Below, piece after piece: positions 37,791 to 51,406 of a stretch of DNA of 64,000 nucleotides. The position numbers and the translations under genes are program-made. The notes beneath the pieces were generated by a model. That model had not been told where the DNA came from. It was given only the letters and a program-made list of their open reading frames with translations, and did no database searches. The stretch is from Pelomyxa schiedti. Taxonomy: Eukaryota; Protista; Evosea. Position 1 is the stretch's first letter; each line of letters opens with the position of its first letter. Location of the stretch: assembly GCA_020536535.1 (NCBI GenBank), contig JAHLWZ010000423.1:186001-250000 (forward strand), read 5' to 3'.

Positions 37791-40700
37791 ATGCAGGAGC
37801 CGAGGCAGGGTACCGGTGACAGTGGTGCAACGACGACCATACCGCAAGATCCAAGCAAGACGACGGCGGTGGGTGGTACTACGACCGGCCAAGCCAATGA
37901 TCTGGCCGTGTCGTCATCGCCTCCTTCTTCTTCGCCGTCTTCTACAACGGCTAGTTCTTCCTCTGTTTTCTCTGTTGGTGGCGGCGGCGTTGTTTCGGCG
38001 GCGACCTCGTCTTCATCTTTGTCGGCGTCGGGAGACCGGCGAGAGGGTGGAGCCACTACGAGCGTAGCTCAGACGGTGTCGGTGGTGCCCGTTGAACAAT
38101 CGCCTGCGGCTGTAGAACAACCGGCTCAACTAATGGAAGAGGATGCGGTTGTGGTGTCACACTGGGGTTTTTATCCCTCCCCCTCTTCGATGTGTCTTGT
38201 CTTTCGGCCTTCTTTCCACTGCTCGCCCTCCCCTTCCTGCTACCTTTTGTCCCTTTTGCTATTTGGCTTCTGATTCGTCCCATTCAGAGCAAAAATTTAA
38301 TGAAATGGAGTCAAGGGTTGTTACAGCAGAGGGGGAAAGAGATGACGCACTTGCACAGCTAGTCGTAGCACGGACTGAGTCTCAACAACACAGTTTGCCC
38401 ATTTTGTTATATTTTGTTTTGTTTTACTATGTAAAGGTTCCATGCTTTTGGCGTGCCAAAAAGCTTTGGAAGCACAGAAACAAGAAACTGAAAAATTGGC
38501 ACACTCACTTAATTTGATCACCAAGGTAATTCTTCCCAAGTAAACACCAACACAAAAAGAACTTAATACCACAACAGGAAAAAGAATCCCAAAACCAAGA
38601 ACTGAAACTGCTCACCCACACTATCTCTAGGAAAGACAGTCAGCTTGAAAGCAATCGAGGTCCACTCAAAGGAATAAAATAATTAAACATTAACTCTGGG
38701 GAAAAAAAAGAGGAATTGAAGCTTGCAGACGAACGCATTGCAGCTCTCACAAGCACAAAAACACAGCTTGAGTCCAAATACATGCAACTGGAATCCTCAA
38801 GCTCAACCTTGAAGGTTCAGCTACTGTTGTTTTATACTTACTGTGTAACACTAAGTAGCTTAAATTGGATCATCTTGAAAACGAGGCGAAGATATTAACA
38901 CAAGAAATTGAGGCCTCTCAAAAACAGATGGAGTCCAAATCCCAGGAACTACTTGAAGAAAAAAAATTACGGGTGAGTCATCTCCACTTGTACAATAGTT
39001 TAACTCTTACTACAGGCAGGTCAAGTAGCGCAACTGGAAGCAAAACTTAGACATCTCGTGGAGCAAAAAGAATTCATTGAAAGTGAACTCAAAGCGACTA
39101 AGGTATCCATTCGCTTTTGCAGGCCTCCAGTAATTCTTTCCAAACAGAATCACTCACAAAAGCTGCAAGCCTCAACAGACAAATATGAAGCACAGATTCT
39201 ACAACTGAATAATGACATGGAAGCATTGAAACGACAATATGATGGGGAATTGATTGCTTCAAACAAGAAATATGATATAGTGAAGGTTCCTTTGTTACCT
39301 ACGAGGCCTTTCTTGTTGATTACTGCAAATAGGAACAAAGAGACACATGCCTCCAAAAAATTTCACACCTTAATGAACAAATCAGTGCATTAACATCACT
39401 TCTGGAGCAAGCACGTAACGAACACAATGCTGCTGTTTCCAAGGTGGAACTTTCAACACTCCTAGATTTACTTTTTACTTTGGCATTAGGCTGAAGAAGC
39501 TCTGGAGAAGTTGCACAAAGAAAACGAATCTCTGAAGAAAAAGATAGAAACCCCAAAAGATGTGCTTGATCCAATTGAATTTTCTGTTAATTGGCAAGAG
39601 GTTTTGTTTCTCCCCCCATACCCCATACTGGACTCTAATACCAACACAGATGTCCGGAGCCTCAATTGACGATTGGCGTGTCTTCTCTATGAATCTGGTA
39701 AGTGCAATCCAAAAATGTTTTCTCTAATTTTTTATTATCAGCAATCAAAGTACGAGGAATCTGTAAGGCTGTTTCATCGGGAAAAACAACTCCGTAACAA
39801 TGCCGAAATATGTCTTAACTTTTTCTGCAAAGTACCCCCACGTTACTTGAACTTTATCCAATTTCTCCAAAGGAACTTGAAACCAATGCACCTTCTTTGT
39901 CAGACAAATTATTGGAAAATAAGGAACTCAAGGAAAAAGTCTCAGACCTCACTGAAGCCCAGGCCCTCTCTGTGTCCAACTTAAGTGACCTGCAACAACA
40001 ACTTTCCAGGAAGGAATTAGATTTTGTGGCATTAAAATCAGGTGTGTTCCATACAACCGTCCTCCCTAACAAAGAATTGCAGTAAACAGAGATCTGAGTG
40101 ACCAAATTGCACACCTCCTAGAAACATGCACCGAGAAGGTAAATTCTATGAGTACAACAAACACGAGCAGCCAAATCAGCTTCAGTGATATCCAGGTAAG
40201 CAATAGTTTACTTGATGACCTTATACCCAATTTCCAGAGTCTCCAAGAGAAAAATCAACAATTACTATTGACTGTCCACAGACTTACACAAGAGAAGGAA
40301 ACTATTCTTCAGAAACTCCCTACAGACAAGCAAACTGTCAGAACTTTAGCTTCTAGTATTTTTGTTAAATATCTTTCAGGACAGCGTGAAGGAGCTAGCT
40401 AAAATGCGCGAAGAAATGGAGAAGGCACTTCAGAGGGAAGACACTCTTAGAAAGCAATGCCAAATATTTAAAGATCTCTACGAGACTCTACTTTTGGAAC
40501 ACAAAAAATGCTCTTTGGTATAGCCTGAGCTTATCTTCCTTATTACCTATTTTTCTGTAGGTCATGCCATCTGAACCATGTATCCAACAGTCTGTATATG
40601 ATACACTCAAGAAAGACTTTGATGAATACAGGGACCATTCAACAACTACACTCCAACAAATGAAAAAGGAGTGTGAGGATTTACAGCAACTTCTCAATTC

Positions 40701-43700
40701 CGCCAACCTGGACCTGACCAAAGTGCACACACAAGTGGACTTGTATAGTGGTAATTCTTTTACTGCTCAAATACCTGTACCTCATTTCTTTTAGTCAGGA
40801 ACGCACATTTGAAGGATGAGAACGACAAAATGAAATCTGAAGTAGAAGAACTCAGAGCACAAAACACAAAGCTCACAGAATCATTGGAAGCCCTTTCCAA
40901 GAAGTAACTGGATTAATCAATACATTACTAAATCCACATAGGAGTCATGAGCGTGAAGCTGAGTCTGTGTATATTCGACAAGAAGTTAAGTCTCTTAAAG
41001 TAATCAACACAAGCTTACTACGGGAAAAAGCTGACTTGAAAGTACTCCCGTACTGATCACCTTTTCTTCTACTCATTCACAATCAGGAGAGCTGTCAACA
41101 GTGGCAGACGGAGTCGGAACAGTTGAGATCAGAGATATCTCGGCTCTCGGCTTCTTTTTCTTCACTCACGTCATCTCGTGCAGCTGCAGATGCTGTTGCT
41201 ATTGCAGAGCGTAAACGCTTAGAGAATGATTTAGAGAAGGCCAATAAAAAAATGTGAGCACTTCAGCCCTTCCTGAGCACTAATTCTTTATTAGCATAGA
41301 GTACCAGAGGCATCTAGAGGAATCACGCAGCACCACAGAAGCCACACTTGGTACTCTTACAAGGCAGTTGCAAGAAAAAACAAGCTCATTGGCCGCAACT
41401 CAATCTGAATTGGAAATGAAGGAAGAACAACTTAAGAAAATGCTGGATAGCCAAAAAACATTTGAAGCGCGTTTCCAATCAGTTCAACAGGAACTTGAAG
41501 CCTGCAAAAAGACCACTCCTCACGATCCCCTGCAACTTGCCCTTCTTAAAAATGAAATTGCGAACTGGAAAGATTTTGCAGAACGGGTCACTTCCCCCTT
41601 AATAATTGTCTCACTTAACCTCAAATAGGAGAAGGCTATCTCCAAAAGCAATAAAGATATGGCAGAATCAGCAGAGAAAAGGAGAGCGGAAGTTGCACAA
41701 CTCCTTCAGAAGCAACAAGTCGACAGCAACTTACAACTTACAACATACCAATCCAAGATAGCTGAAGTATTATTTCTCAATCTCATGTGGTACTTATAAA
41801 TAAAAGCTGGAAGAGCGTAGTAAAAAAAGGGAGGAAGAGACCCAGTCATACATAGAGGAAAAAAAAGCTCTTCAGAGCAGGGTTGACGTATGTGCGCCTA
41901 CACACCACGCTTTTGATTTATCGCAGTTAGGCACTCCAATCAAATGTACATAGCCTTGAATCAGAAATAAAACAGTTTCAAAGTCAGCTAGCTAACAAAT
42001 CAGAAGCAGAGAAATTATTACAAGGTACACCTTCTGCTGTGTTTTCGGGCTAACATTCATCCAGTACAATTACATGATATGGAGTTAGCCAAGAATAAGC
42101 TGCAGATATCATATGAAGACGAAGTTAAAGCACGGGGAAGAGATCTTGAGAACATATCTAAGATACGTGCTGATCTGGCACATTTCACTGTATCTCTTTT
42201 TGGGTAGTAAAAAGAAGTAACGCACATTGCAGAGCTTGTATGAGTCTCTACACACACAGGCCGACACATGGAGAGAACAAGAACTAGATTACCAAAAGAG
42301 GATCGATACCCTTACATCGATGTACTCACAATTACTTCCCTCAGTTTCCTCTCGGAGATTAAGCTTTTTTTCAGAACAGAGACTCCAGCGTATCACAAAG
42401 ACACAGTTCAAATGGATCAGATAACAAAAGACTTTAGCATGAAAGGCGTACCCTCTTCCATTGTACGACATTGATGTGACGATTTTAGCTTATCACATGT
42501 TAGGCTGGGGTGATGACACCTCGTACCAATGAAGAATTACAAGCAGTGGTATGCACGAGATTCGCCTTATTCAATCTAATGACCATTACCTTCAGGTTGA
42601 ATGGCTACGAAAAGAAAAATGTCTTTCTGATTGCCAAAAAGAAGAACTGGAACAAAGAAACAAAAGGTATTATTCTTTGAGGCAAGTAATGACATTTCCC
42701 CTCCAACCAAACCTACAGGCTCCAATCTGATATTTCAATCCATCTCAGTGAAGTATCCAAGCTAAAAGAAACTACTCGTCAATTGGAATCTAAATTAAAG
42801 GTATTGTTTAGCTTTCCTACAGTAGTTAAGCTGAGTTCTTTACTCGTTTTCCCAGCTTTTCCCTTCTGTCGAGGAATTTCAGGAAATGAAAAACTCTTTA
42901 CAACAAGTAGAACTATTCAAGGAGAGTAATGTCACACTGAGAAAGGGCAAACAGTCCTTAGAGGAAGAAATCATCCTACTGAAAAGTATTCATTTTTCTT
43001 GTAATTCTGTTTTCTGAGATTCACTAGACGAGATCGCTGCCCTCAAGTGTGAAAAAGATTCATTCGATAAGCTTTCCCTGAACTTTGAAGCGCAAGTGCG
43101 GGATTGGAAGACCCGTTGCCATGCATATATTGTATGCAGACTCCTGCACTATTGCACTAAAAAAAAACAGGACAAAATGAAACCCATTGAAGAAAACAAC
43201 GCCTCTCTTTTAGAAGAGATAGCTAAATTAAAAGAACAGTGCAGTCAGAGTCGCGACCGAATATCGACCTTGGAAGTGGAAAGTTCTGCTTCAAAATCGG
43301 TATTGAAAAAGTATAGGTTTCCACGGTTTCTTAGCCGATCTTTATAGCAACTTCTGCAAGCGCAAGAAAAACTACGGCAGCAAAGTGAAGCACGGGCTCG
43401 TCCTACAAGTCTTGTCCGCCCAAGGCCTACCCCGGGTATGATAGCCACAAGGAATTATTACAGAGTAACACTTCCCCAGATATGAAGTCCCTAGAAAATG
43501 AGAAGGCTACCTTGGCGAGTGAAAGAGCTGCCTTTGCAAAGGAAAAAGCTGAGATGGAGCGCACAAACAATAAGATCGTACAGGTAAACTAACATTTAAT
43601 ACTGTACGTCCCGTTTCCCTCACATACACAAAGGATGCCGGTCAGGCACTGCTTAGCCACAAAGCCAGGTGGAACAAACTACAGAGTCTTGTACACGATA

Positions 43701-45062
43701 TTGCCAATGCAATACACGTAATTTCTTCCTAAATTTGATGTTTTGATCTCCTTAAAAACCATTAGGGAAAGCAAGCCATTGTCCAGTTATTGACTGACCC
43801 TCCTCCCAAATCCATGGAAAAAAGCCAAGATATCTTGAGCTTCTTTACTTGGCTTTCTACGTTTGTCTCTCAAGTCCTTATTCCATCTCTTCCTACTGGG
43901 GATACGTTGGGTGCACCTTTGGCACGTGGTGACTCACAACAAAAACTGGAAGTTGAGAGTTCGTCGGAACCATCAACCACGAGAATTGAAGCTCCAACAA
44001 CGTCAGCCCCACCTGAACCTTCAACACAGAAGTCTACTATTGTAAATCTGAAAAAAGTAACCAACAAGCCCGCATCTGATCCATCAATGCCCCCTCCCAG
44101 TACAGTAGATATTCAAAAGCGGCCTGTACCTATCTCTACACCAGCACCCACTCCGAGGATAGCAAAGCCAACAACCAGTACTCCTAATACCCATGTTCCA
44201 AATGTTCCAGCCACAGACAACATGCCAACAGCAGTTGAAATGAATTATGGAGTACCAGGTGAGCCAACTGCCCTGATCTCAACTGGGCACCTCTCCACTA
44301 TCCCCCCTGTTATGGATACAGATGTAACCTCGGGTCACGTTCCCGCCTTAATTCCTGTTGACGCACTCCCTACAGAGACTGCTAATCTTATGCCTCCTTC
44401 AAATACAGAGGCAGCAGTCCCGCCCCCATCTGTACCTATTACCATAGCCTCTCCAGTACCCGTACTCACCATTCCCACAACCATGTCTCCTTCCCTTCTC
44501 CCACCCACACCAACCATTTGCACAACATCCCTTTCTGCATCTACCAACCTACCGTCCCCTCTGGAATCCTCCTTGGAGTCATCTACCACAAACGCGATTG
44601 CTCCACAGGTACTCGAACATGGTGTGGCTTCTCCATTATCGGGTGAATTCAGCAAAGGCCCACAGATCCCGGAAGAAGAAACTGACTTGATAGAGGGAAA
44701 TGAAGATAGTGAAGCTGCACTCCCAAGTCATTCAGTTTCAGTGCAACTTTTCAAAACTAACCAAAGTTACAACAGAAAGAACGCGTGAAGAAGCTGGCCT
44801 AGACCAAGAAGTGTCAAAATCGAAACGCAAGTGCACAACCGCTCAACCAGTAACACCCCCACAGTCGGGAATAGCATCACCCACACCAGAGGAGAAGTCG
44901 GGAATTTCATCTGTAGAAGATGCAGAACTATTTCAGTTACCTCCGGAAACCACCAACCCCCCAGACACAGAACTACCAACAAACGAGCCCGAGGAAGGAC
45001 AAACACCCACGGAGCCAAGTGACGCAAAGACTGAAGACACTGAGGAGTATGATTATTTCTGA
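37791..45062 (+). CDS. TPR: Nuclear-basket nucleoporin TPR/Mlp1-like coiled-coil protein (many exons)
   Basis: Long coiled coil carrying TPR signature segments ISFSDIQSLQEKNQQLL, YEDEVKARGRD, LQAVVEWLRKEK and VELFKESNVTLRK, followed by a Pro/Thr/acidic disordered tail. Confidence 0.8.
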
Positions 45063-45277
45063 TTCCACTTTTTACTAACCCTTTTACAGTAGTTGAAGGC
45101 AATGTAAAGTGATGAATTGGCTGGATTGAAGAGGACTTTTTTTTGTATACAAAGCGCCAAGGGACGGATTGTTACTACACCTTGTGGCCATATTTTCGGT
45201 GGTAAATTCTGTCGTGATACAGAAAGCCACAACAAAATTTTTATTTTAAACGTATCACTCTCTAGCCTAAAACAAAA

Positions 45278-47060
45278 ATGTGGCGAAACGGTGCCGTTTC
45301 CCCAAGTGATGAGTCGCAAACAGCCAAGAGCGCAACCGAAACCACCGCGTCACCAGTCCTGCAACAACAGCCTCAGCCTCAATCGCCGTTACCAGGGGGC
45401 GAAACGGGAGGAGGGACTACTCCTCCGACTACGTTTAGCTGTCCAATATGCTCGAGGAAGTTTAACTCGGAGGCGGCGGTGATGAGGCACGTGGACGACT
45501 GCCTTACGGAGCAGTCGATGATCGGCGAGGGGGGGCAAACCAACGAGCCCAGGGTCGGTACCCCTCCTTTGACCAGTTGGAGCGCCGGCTCTCGCGCCCG
45601 CGACGAAGTGAGTTCCAGTACTGGGTCGGAGGTTTCTGGGGAACCTTCATTTAGGGAAATTGGCAGGAAGTTGGGTTTTGGCTGGGGGTCAAAGGGGCCA
45701 AGTGGCAGGGAGACCTTCAGTGGGAGTAATTGGGAAGAGCAAGAGTCTGGAGACCCTCGTTTGAAACTGGATTGGTCTACTCCCGGCCCGCTTAAGCCGC
45801 TACCTCCTGGTGACTCTGGATTCGATTCGGACAGCAGTGAAGATGAAGGAGACGTTTTTGATGCAATATCACCAGTACATGTGGAGAACAACGGGGCTAT
45901 CAAGTTCAAGTGTCCATATTGTATGTTGACCTGTCTGTATCCACTCGTCTACCGCCTGACAAATACTTAGATGGGTGCCTGAGGGAACTTGAAGCAGCCC
46001 GTCTCCTAAGGCACATCATGAGACGGCACACTAGGGGCTCACAGGCATACGCCTGTCCTATATGTGACTATGGTAAAGTGAGTTAAGCCTCCACAGCCAA
46101 AATCGTTTTTAATAAGTAAAAAACAAGATTGAGAGATACCGCGTAGACTCGAGCACAAACCTACTCTTCCACATCACTAGTGCTCACGCGTCTGAACTGA
46201 TGCCGCCAAAGAGGAATGCCCTAGCCCCAGAGCAATTTTTACCCGCATCTTCCAATACATTACCTCCACAGTCGCCACACAGCCCATACACCTACAGACC
46301 CTCCTCATACACACACGCACTACCAACATTGAGCCCCTTCCCTGCAGTAGACCCACCCAAGTTATCATACTCCTCTTCGCCACAACCCTCACTAACGTCA
46401 CACCTCCCCCCGTATCCTGCCCATCTCATCACTCCCAGCCTGGGTGCTCCTCAACTCCCACTTCCTCAGACTCCTGATAGTGGAAGCCTCAGTAGTCGTA
46501 TGGAGCATTTATTGGCCTTACAGAGGAAAATATCGCCCCAGGGTCCTGAACTTCATAGCCCAAGTACAACTGTCCCCGAGCCAATTCCCGAGACATGGCG
46601 TGCTGGCATTCGCCCAAGTTTGCAAGAATTTATCGAACCTAGCACTTCCAGCTGGAAGCTGCCGCCAGGGACAGCTTCCTTATCAAATCCTCTCAATCCA
46701 ATGAAGCCGTATGCGCCCGCACACACGAATCCAGGTTGTTTTTACACTGCAATTCGCAACTGACCATTCCACGTAGATCTTGGCACTGAGGAGGAAGATC
46801 TATACAGCAGTGAGCCCAGTGAACCAAGTGGCAGTAAACAAGACATGTTTGCCGGGTTTACATACAAGCCCAGCACGGAAAAACGCAGCACAGCTGAAAG
46901 CCTTCGTCTTTCTGAGATGCTGCGTCGTTCACCTCCCATCTATGGACCGAGTGTGATACAAGCAGATGAACCCACCCGCCAAGATCTCGTCACTGCCCTC
47001 CATTTGTTTATCAAAGATGGCCCAGATCCACCCTCTTCTGTAATCGACATTCTTGTATAG
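45278..47060 (+). CDS. Zinc-finger protein (UBZ4-like finger plus Di19-like C2H2 fingers)
   Basis: FSCPICSRKFNSEAAVMRHVDDCL; FKCPY.GC...LLRHIMRRH...YACPIC...NLLFHITSAH. Confidence 0.65.
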
Positions 47061-47179
47061 TACCAACATTATGAAGTTGGAACAGAAAATATCTGCACTG
47101 CTAATCACATGACACCTTAATTTGCCGGACCTTTTTTTTTGACCGAAACACAAAAAAACAATCAAAGTCGAAACAAATC

Positions 47180-49746
47180 ATGGCCAGCACAGAGCACGTA
47201 CCGACAACAGCGGAGCCATCTGCGACAGCGACAGGAGGCTCTGCGTCACACACGACAGCACCACCGGCTCATAATCCTTGGGGAAAGAGCACTGCGGCTG
47301 CACCCCAGCAGCAGCCGCAACCACAACAACGTGCGAAGAAGTCCGAAAAAGGGAGGCGCGAGGAGCACCAGCCGTCTCTGGCACATATAATGAATGAGGA
47401 AAAGACCCGGAAGCACCAAGAGGACACAGATCGAGCTTTGGCTGTGGCGTTGAGTGAGGCTCTCAATTCGGGGCCACCACCGCAATCAACACCCGGCGGT
47501 GCACACAAAAAAAGGTCGAAAGGCGGCCGGAAAACCCCAGAACACGTTGCATCAAACACGCCTACTCGCGATCATCCCACAAGTGATGCGCCTGCCACTG
47601 TCAACACACAACCCTCTAGTGTGGCACATGAGCCAGTGGCAGTGCCCAAGGCAGACCCAACTACAAAAGAACCGGCTGTAGTGTATGTCTATCCTTACAG
47701 GAGTGATTTCGGTAACTATGTTCCAGAGACAAAGTTAGTGATGAAGACTTAGCAAGAAAACTAAGTGAACAAGAGGACTATTTGTATGCCCTTCGTCTTC
47801 AGGAGTCCCTAGATAATCCCCCCGCCGATAGTGAAGTTAGCCAACGTAACGAGACAGGTAATAGCCACAATTTCTTTGATTTTATTTACATCTTCAGTTG
47901 TCACGGTTCATAAAACAAGGGAGACACCCTCCCACCACGCACGGGCCGCGCCACCATTAAAACACGAGGCCTCTGATTCGGAAGACAGTGATGATGGATT
48001 CACTGTGGTACAGAAGCCTGGTAAAAAGAGTTTGGCGACAAAGCATGACCCCGTTCTCTGTGGGAAGAAGAATGCCAAACGATTACAGGAAGTGTGGTGC
48101 CAGTTTTTACACCTAATTACTCAATCAAGCACAGGTTTTGGATGGGGATATGAGGAATCTATCGATTGATAACCCCACATTCAATTTATTGGTTAAGCAC
48201 GCCAAAAGAGAAGAGAGTAGAAGGTATGTCTTGTGCCTGTTTCAGTAGAAACCGATGCCCATCAACCTAGGATTCGCGTCAAAGGAAAGGAGGATACAAC
48301 CACTTCTGAGCAAGTACTTGATACGCAGACAAGATTAATTATTTTGAAAGTAAGTGTAGAAGGAGCAACCAACTCCCTAACGATCCTTTGTAGCTTATTA
48401 ACAAAGATCTCATTTCTGACATTAGTGGAGTTCTAAGTACCGGGAAAGAAGCGAGTGTCTACCATGCTAAACGGGGCAGGTGACAAGTATCTCAAATTTG
48501 CCGTTTGTTCACATGAAAGCAGTTATACCGATGCTAACTCGCCACCACAATCCTGTACTGAGTATGCAATCAAAGTTTTCCGGACAATCAATGAATACAA
48601 ACATCGCGATGTATACCTTGACGGACAATTCTTGCAGCAGTTTATTGCTTCAAAGCGCAAGCCCAAGAAGTGCCTCAAACTATGGGCACAAAAGGAACTC
48701 CAGAACTTGCGAAGGTATACCATCATCACCTCGTATTACGCGTCACCATAGATCAGAATTCACCGAGCTGGTCTCCCTTGCCCTCAGCCTGTTGGTCTTT
48801 TTTCACATGTACTGGTCATGCAGTTCATAGGCGCGAATGGATACCCAGCCCCCACTCTCAATGTATCCACCTTTCTTTAGCACAATTCACTAAGTTGCTC
48901 AGGATGCGGATATACCACCGGAATCCCTTGGCACTCTTTACTTACAATGCGCTGATTTGATGCGCAAACTATTTCAGAAATGCAATTTAGTTCATGCCGA
49001 TTTTTCTCCGTTTAATATACTGTACATTTGCTTATCTTTTGTAATTAGTTCTAACACTTGAAAGCTACTACGAAGATCAAATGTATGTCATTGACGTGGC
49101 TCAGGCAGTCCTCAATGATCACAGAAACGCGATGGATTTTCTTCGCCGTATGCTGCCCTTTTCTGTGGTTTGTCCCAACTAATGGTAATCCAGGGGATTG
49201 CGAAAATATAACTCGTTTCTTTAAAGGCCGAGGTCAAACACAGCAGTAAGGAAAAAGCTTTCACTTAAACTTCATAGGTGTGCCAAATGTTGCTAGTGTG
49301 CACAGGCTTTTCGATTTTATTTGCAATCCAAGTATTCCCGAGGAACTTGTAAGTGAGAAATTACAAGAGCTCACTTCCACACCTGACACCACTCCATCTG
49401 AGGTATTACCCCCCCTTGAAACACTTACACCCAACACTCAAACAGGTTGATGACGCTGTGTTCTTGCGTTCATACATGCCTCGCTCCCTGTAAGAACCCA
49501 CTTCACAGTATTGGTGGTCTAACGTAACTTAGAGCCGATGTTAAAGACCCCGCACAGGCCATCGAAGGTGTTCAGCAAGGTGACCCTGATTCCATCTCCC
49601 ACCTCACTGTTAGTGGGATAACCCCAGGGATGGTCTTGGGTATTGACGAAGAAGACGACGAGGAAGATGAAGATGAAGAGGAGGAGGAAGACGAGGCAGA
49701 AGGAGGGGAAAGCATTTTCGTCAAGGAGAATACACAACATTCTTAA
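47180..49746 (+). CDS. RIOK3: RIO-family atypical kinase, RIOK3-like
   Basis: Kinase motifs STGKEASVY, YAIKVF, WAQKELQNL, LVHADFSPFNIL, VIDVAQAV. RIO3-type N-terminal motifs SLAHIMNEE, TKHDPVLCGKKNA and TFNLLVKHAKREE. Confidence 0.8.
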
Positions 49747-49810
49747 AACATTTGGATACATAAAAGATACAATTTTGTATTTAGAAGAACAAAAAGAAAA
49801 ACACCCTCTA

Positions 49811-51248
49811 TCAACTGGAGGAAGAGGATGAAGAGGCTACTCTCTCACCGGTGTTTGTGGGTGCACCAGAACGCTTCCGTCGGGCACAGACTGCCACAAT
49901 TTCTTGCAGTACATCCGCAGAGAGTTGTTTGAATTGAGATGAGGTAAACAACTGGTCTGCGTTATCGGATAAGAAGAGCATACAACGTCGTCGTAACCCT
50001 ACAGCCGTTGGGCACTGCATGGCCGCAGCAAGTCTATCATATACATTATCAGCAGTTAAGGTAGAGGCTAACCTGTTCGCTGTTAAGGGATTCACTTTGC
50101 TGGAATGAAGCCATGAGAATTACCTATTTTCACAACATCCTCGTAGACCTGGTATATCGTATCTATCAGCTGTAAGAAGCAGGGATATTCCTTGTGTTTC
50201 ATAGACGCTGCTGGAGCTTACGCGCCCGGAGTACATAAAATACAGTAGCTCTTGGAAAACCTCATGGGCCAGTCAATTGGGTGTGAAAAAGAAAGTGGAC
50301 GAACATCGGGTTCGACTTCCTCTATCGCAACCTCGCCAGTTGTTGCTTCTTTCATCCCGCTTAGTCAGATTTAACAAAAAAAGACAAAAAAAAAGTTGTA
50401 CCTATCAAGCATAGCTTTCATTACTGGAGATCTTGCATAAAGGATCCCTCTATTTTCAATTTAGTAACAGGTTTAAGAGAATTTTTGGGACCCACTTATG
50501 AGCTGAAAATCTTCTTCCACGCACATTAAATCTAATGTCAGCTCCAAATCCACTTTTAAGTAGAGCAGCCATGTCGTCAGCTAAAGTGTCTGCTACTGGG
50601 GTGTGAAGGGCCACAGTATTGAGGGTCTCAGTGATTACAGTTAATCTTAAATGGACTGTCAATGTATCATCAACTAGTCGTGGCAGCAAGTCATCTGCCC
50701 TCACAATCTGAGCAAGACCCCAGGCTGTGCTGATGCGTTGAGAATCATCAGACTTTCTTCCAAAGACTACTGCTGCGTGTTCGTTTTTACAAGCAAGGGA
50801 AGCATTTCCACTTCGCAATTCAATACTATAGGTAACCTTTTATAAATGTTGGCTTCCAAAACAAAACCAAAAAGTGTTATTCAAGTTCACAAAGATCCCA
50901 ACAAACCTTTATCCGGTCTTCCGTGCCAAGGTAATACAAGTACCATCCACAAAATCCTTGATTCTCACCGCCACAACCACGCGGATAGCACTGCATCTTC
51001 CACCTCTCTCCTGCAGCATCAAAAGCCGGCGTGTAGAAATAGGGCTGAGCAATCATGCTATACTTTTTTATAGCGCACGTAAAAGCACCGTCCACAGAGG
51101 CAACTTCAAGCACACAATCGCAGTCCTTCCCGTCGCGGTCACTACAAACGGCGAAAAGAGATCCAGATCCCGACGACGAATACGAAGAATACGACGGAGA
51201 CGACGAAGTAGGTGAGGCAGATACTATTGGCGACGCCGAATATGACAT
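49811..51248 (-). CDS. MATH-BTB (SPOP-like) Cul3 adaptor
   Basis: MATH: FYTPAFDAAGERWKMQCYPRG, AWGLAQIV...LVDDTLTVH. BTB: ADIRFNVRGRRFSAHK.ILYARSPV..AM, FQELLYFMYSG, ADRYDI. BACK-like tail. Confidence 0.88.
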
Positions 51249-51406
51249 CCTGCCGGTGTGTCCGCGCCGAGCGTTGATGACTTTTTTAATTTGTAACAAA
51301 ATGAAACGCGAAAGGGTTTCTTTTTACAAAACGAAAAAAATAGATGTCAATTAGTGCCAGGAAGTGCCAAAAAACAAAAAAAAAAAAGGGAGGCTTGTAG
51401 CCCACG

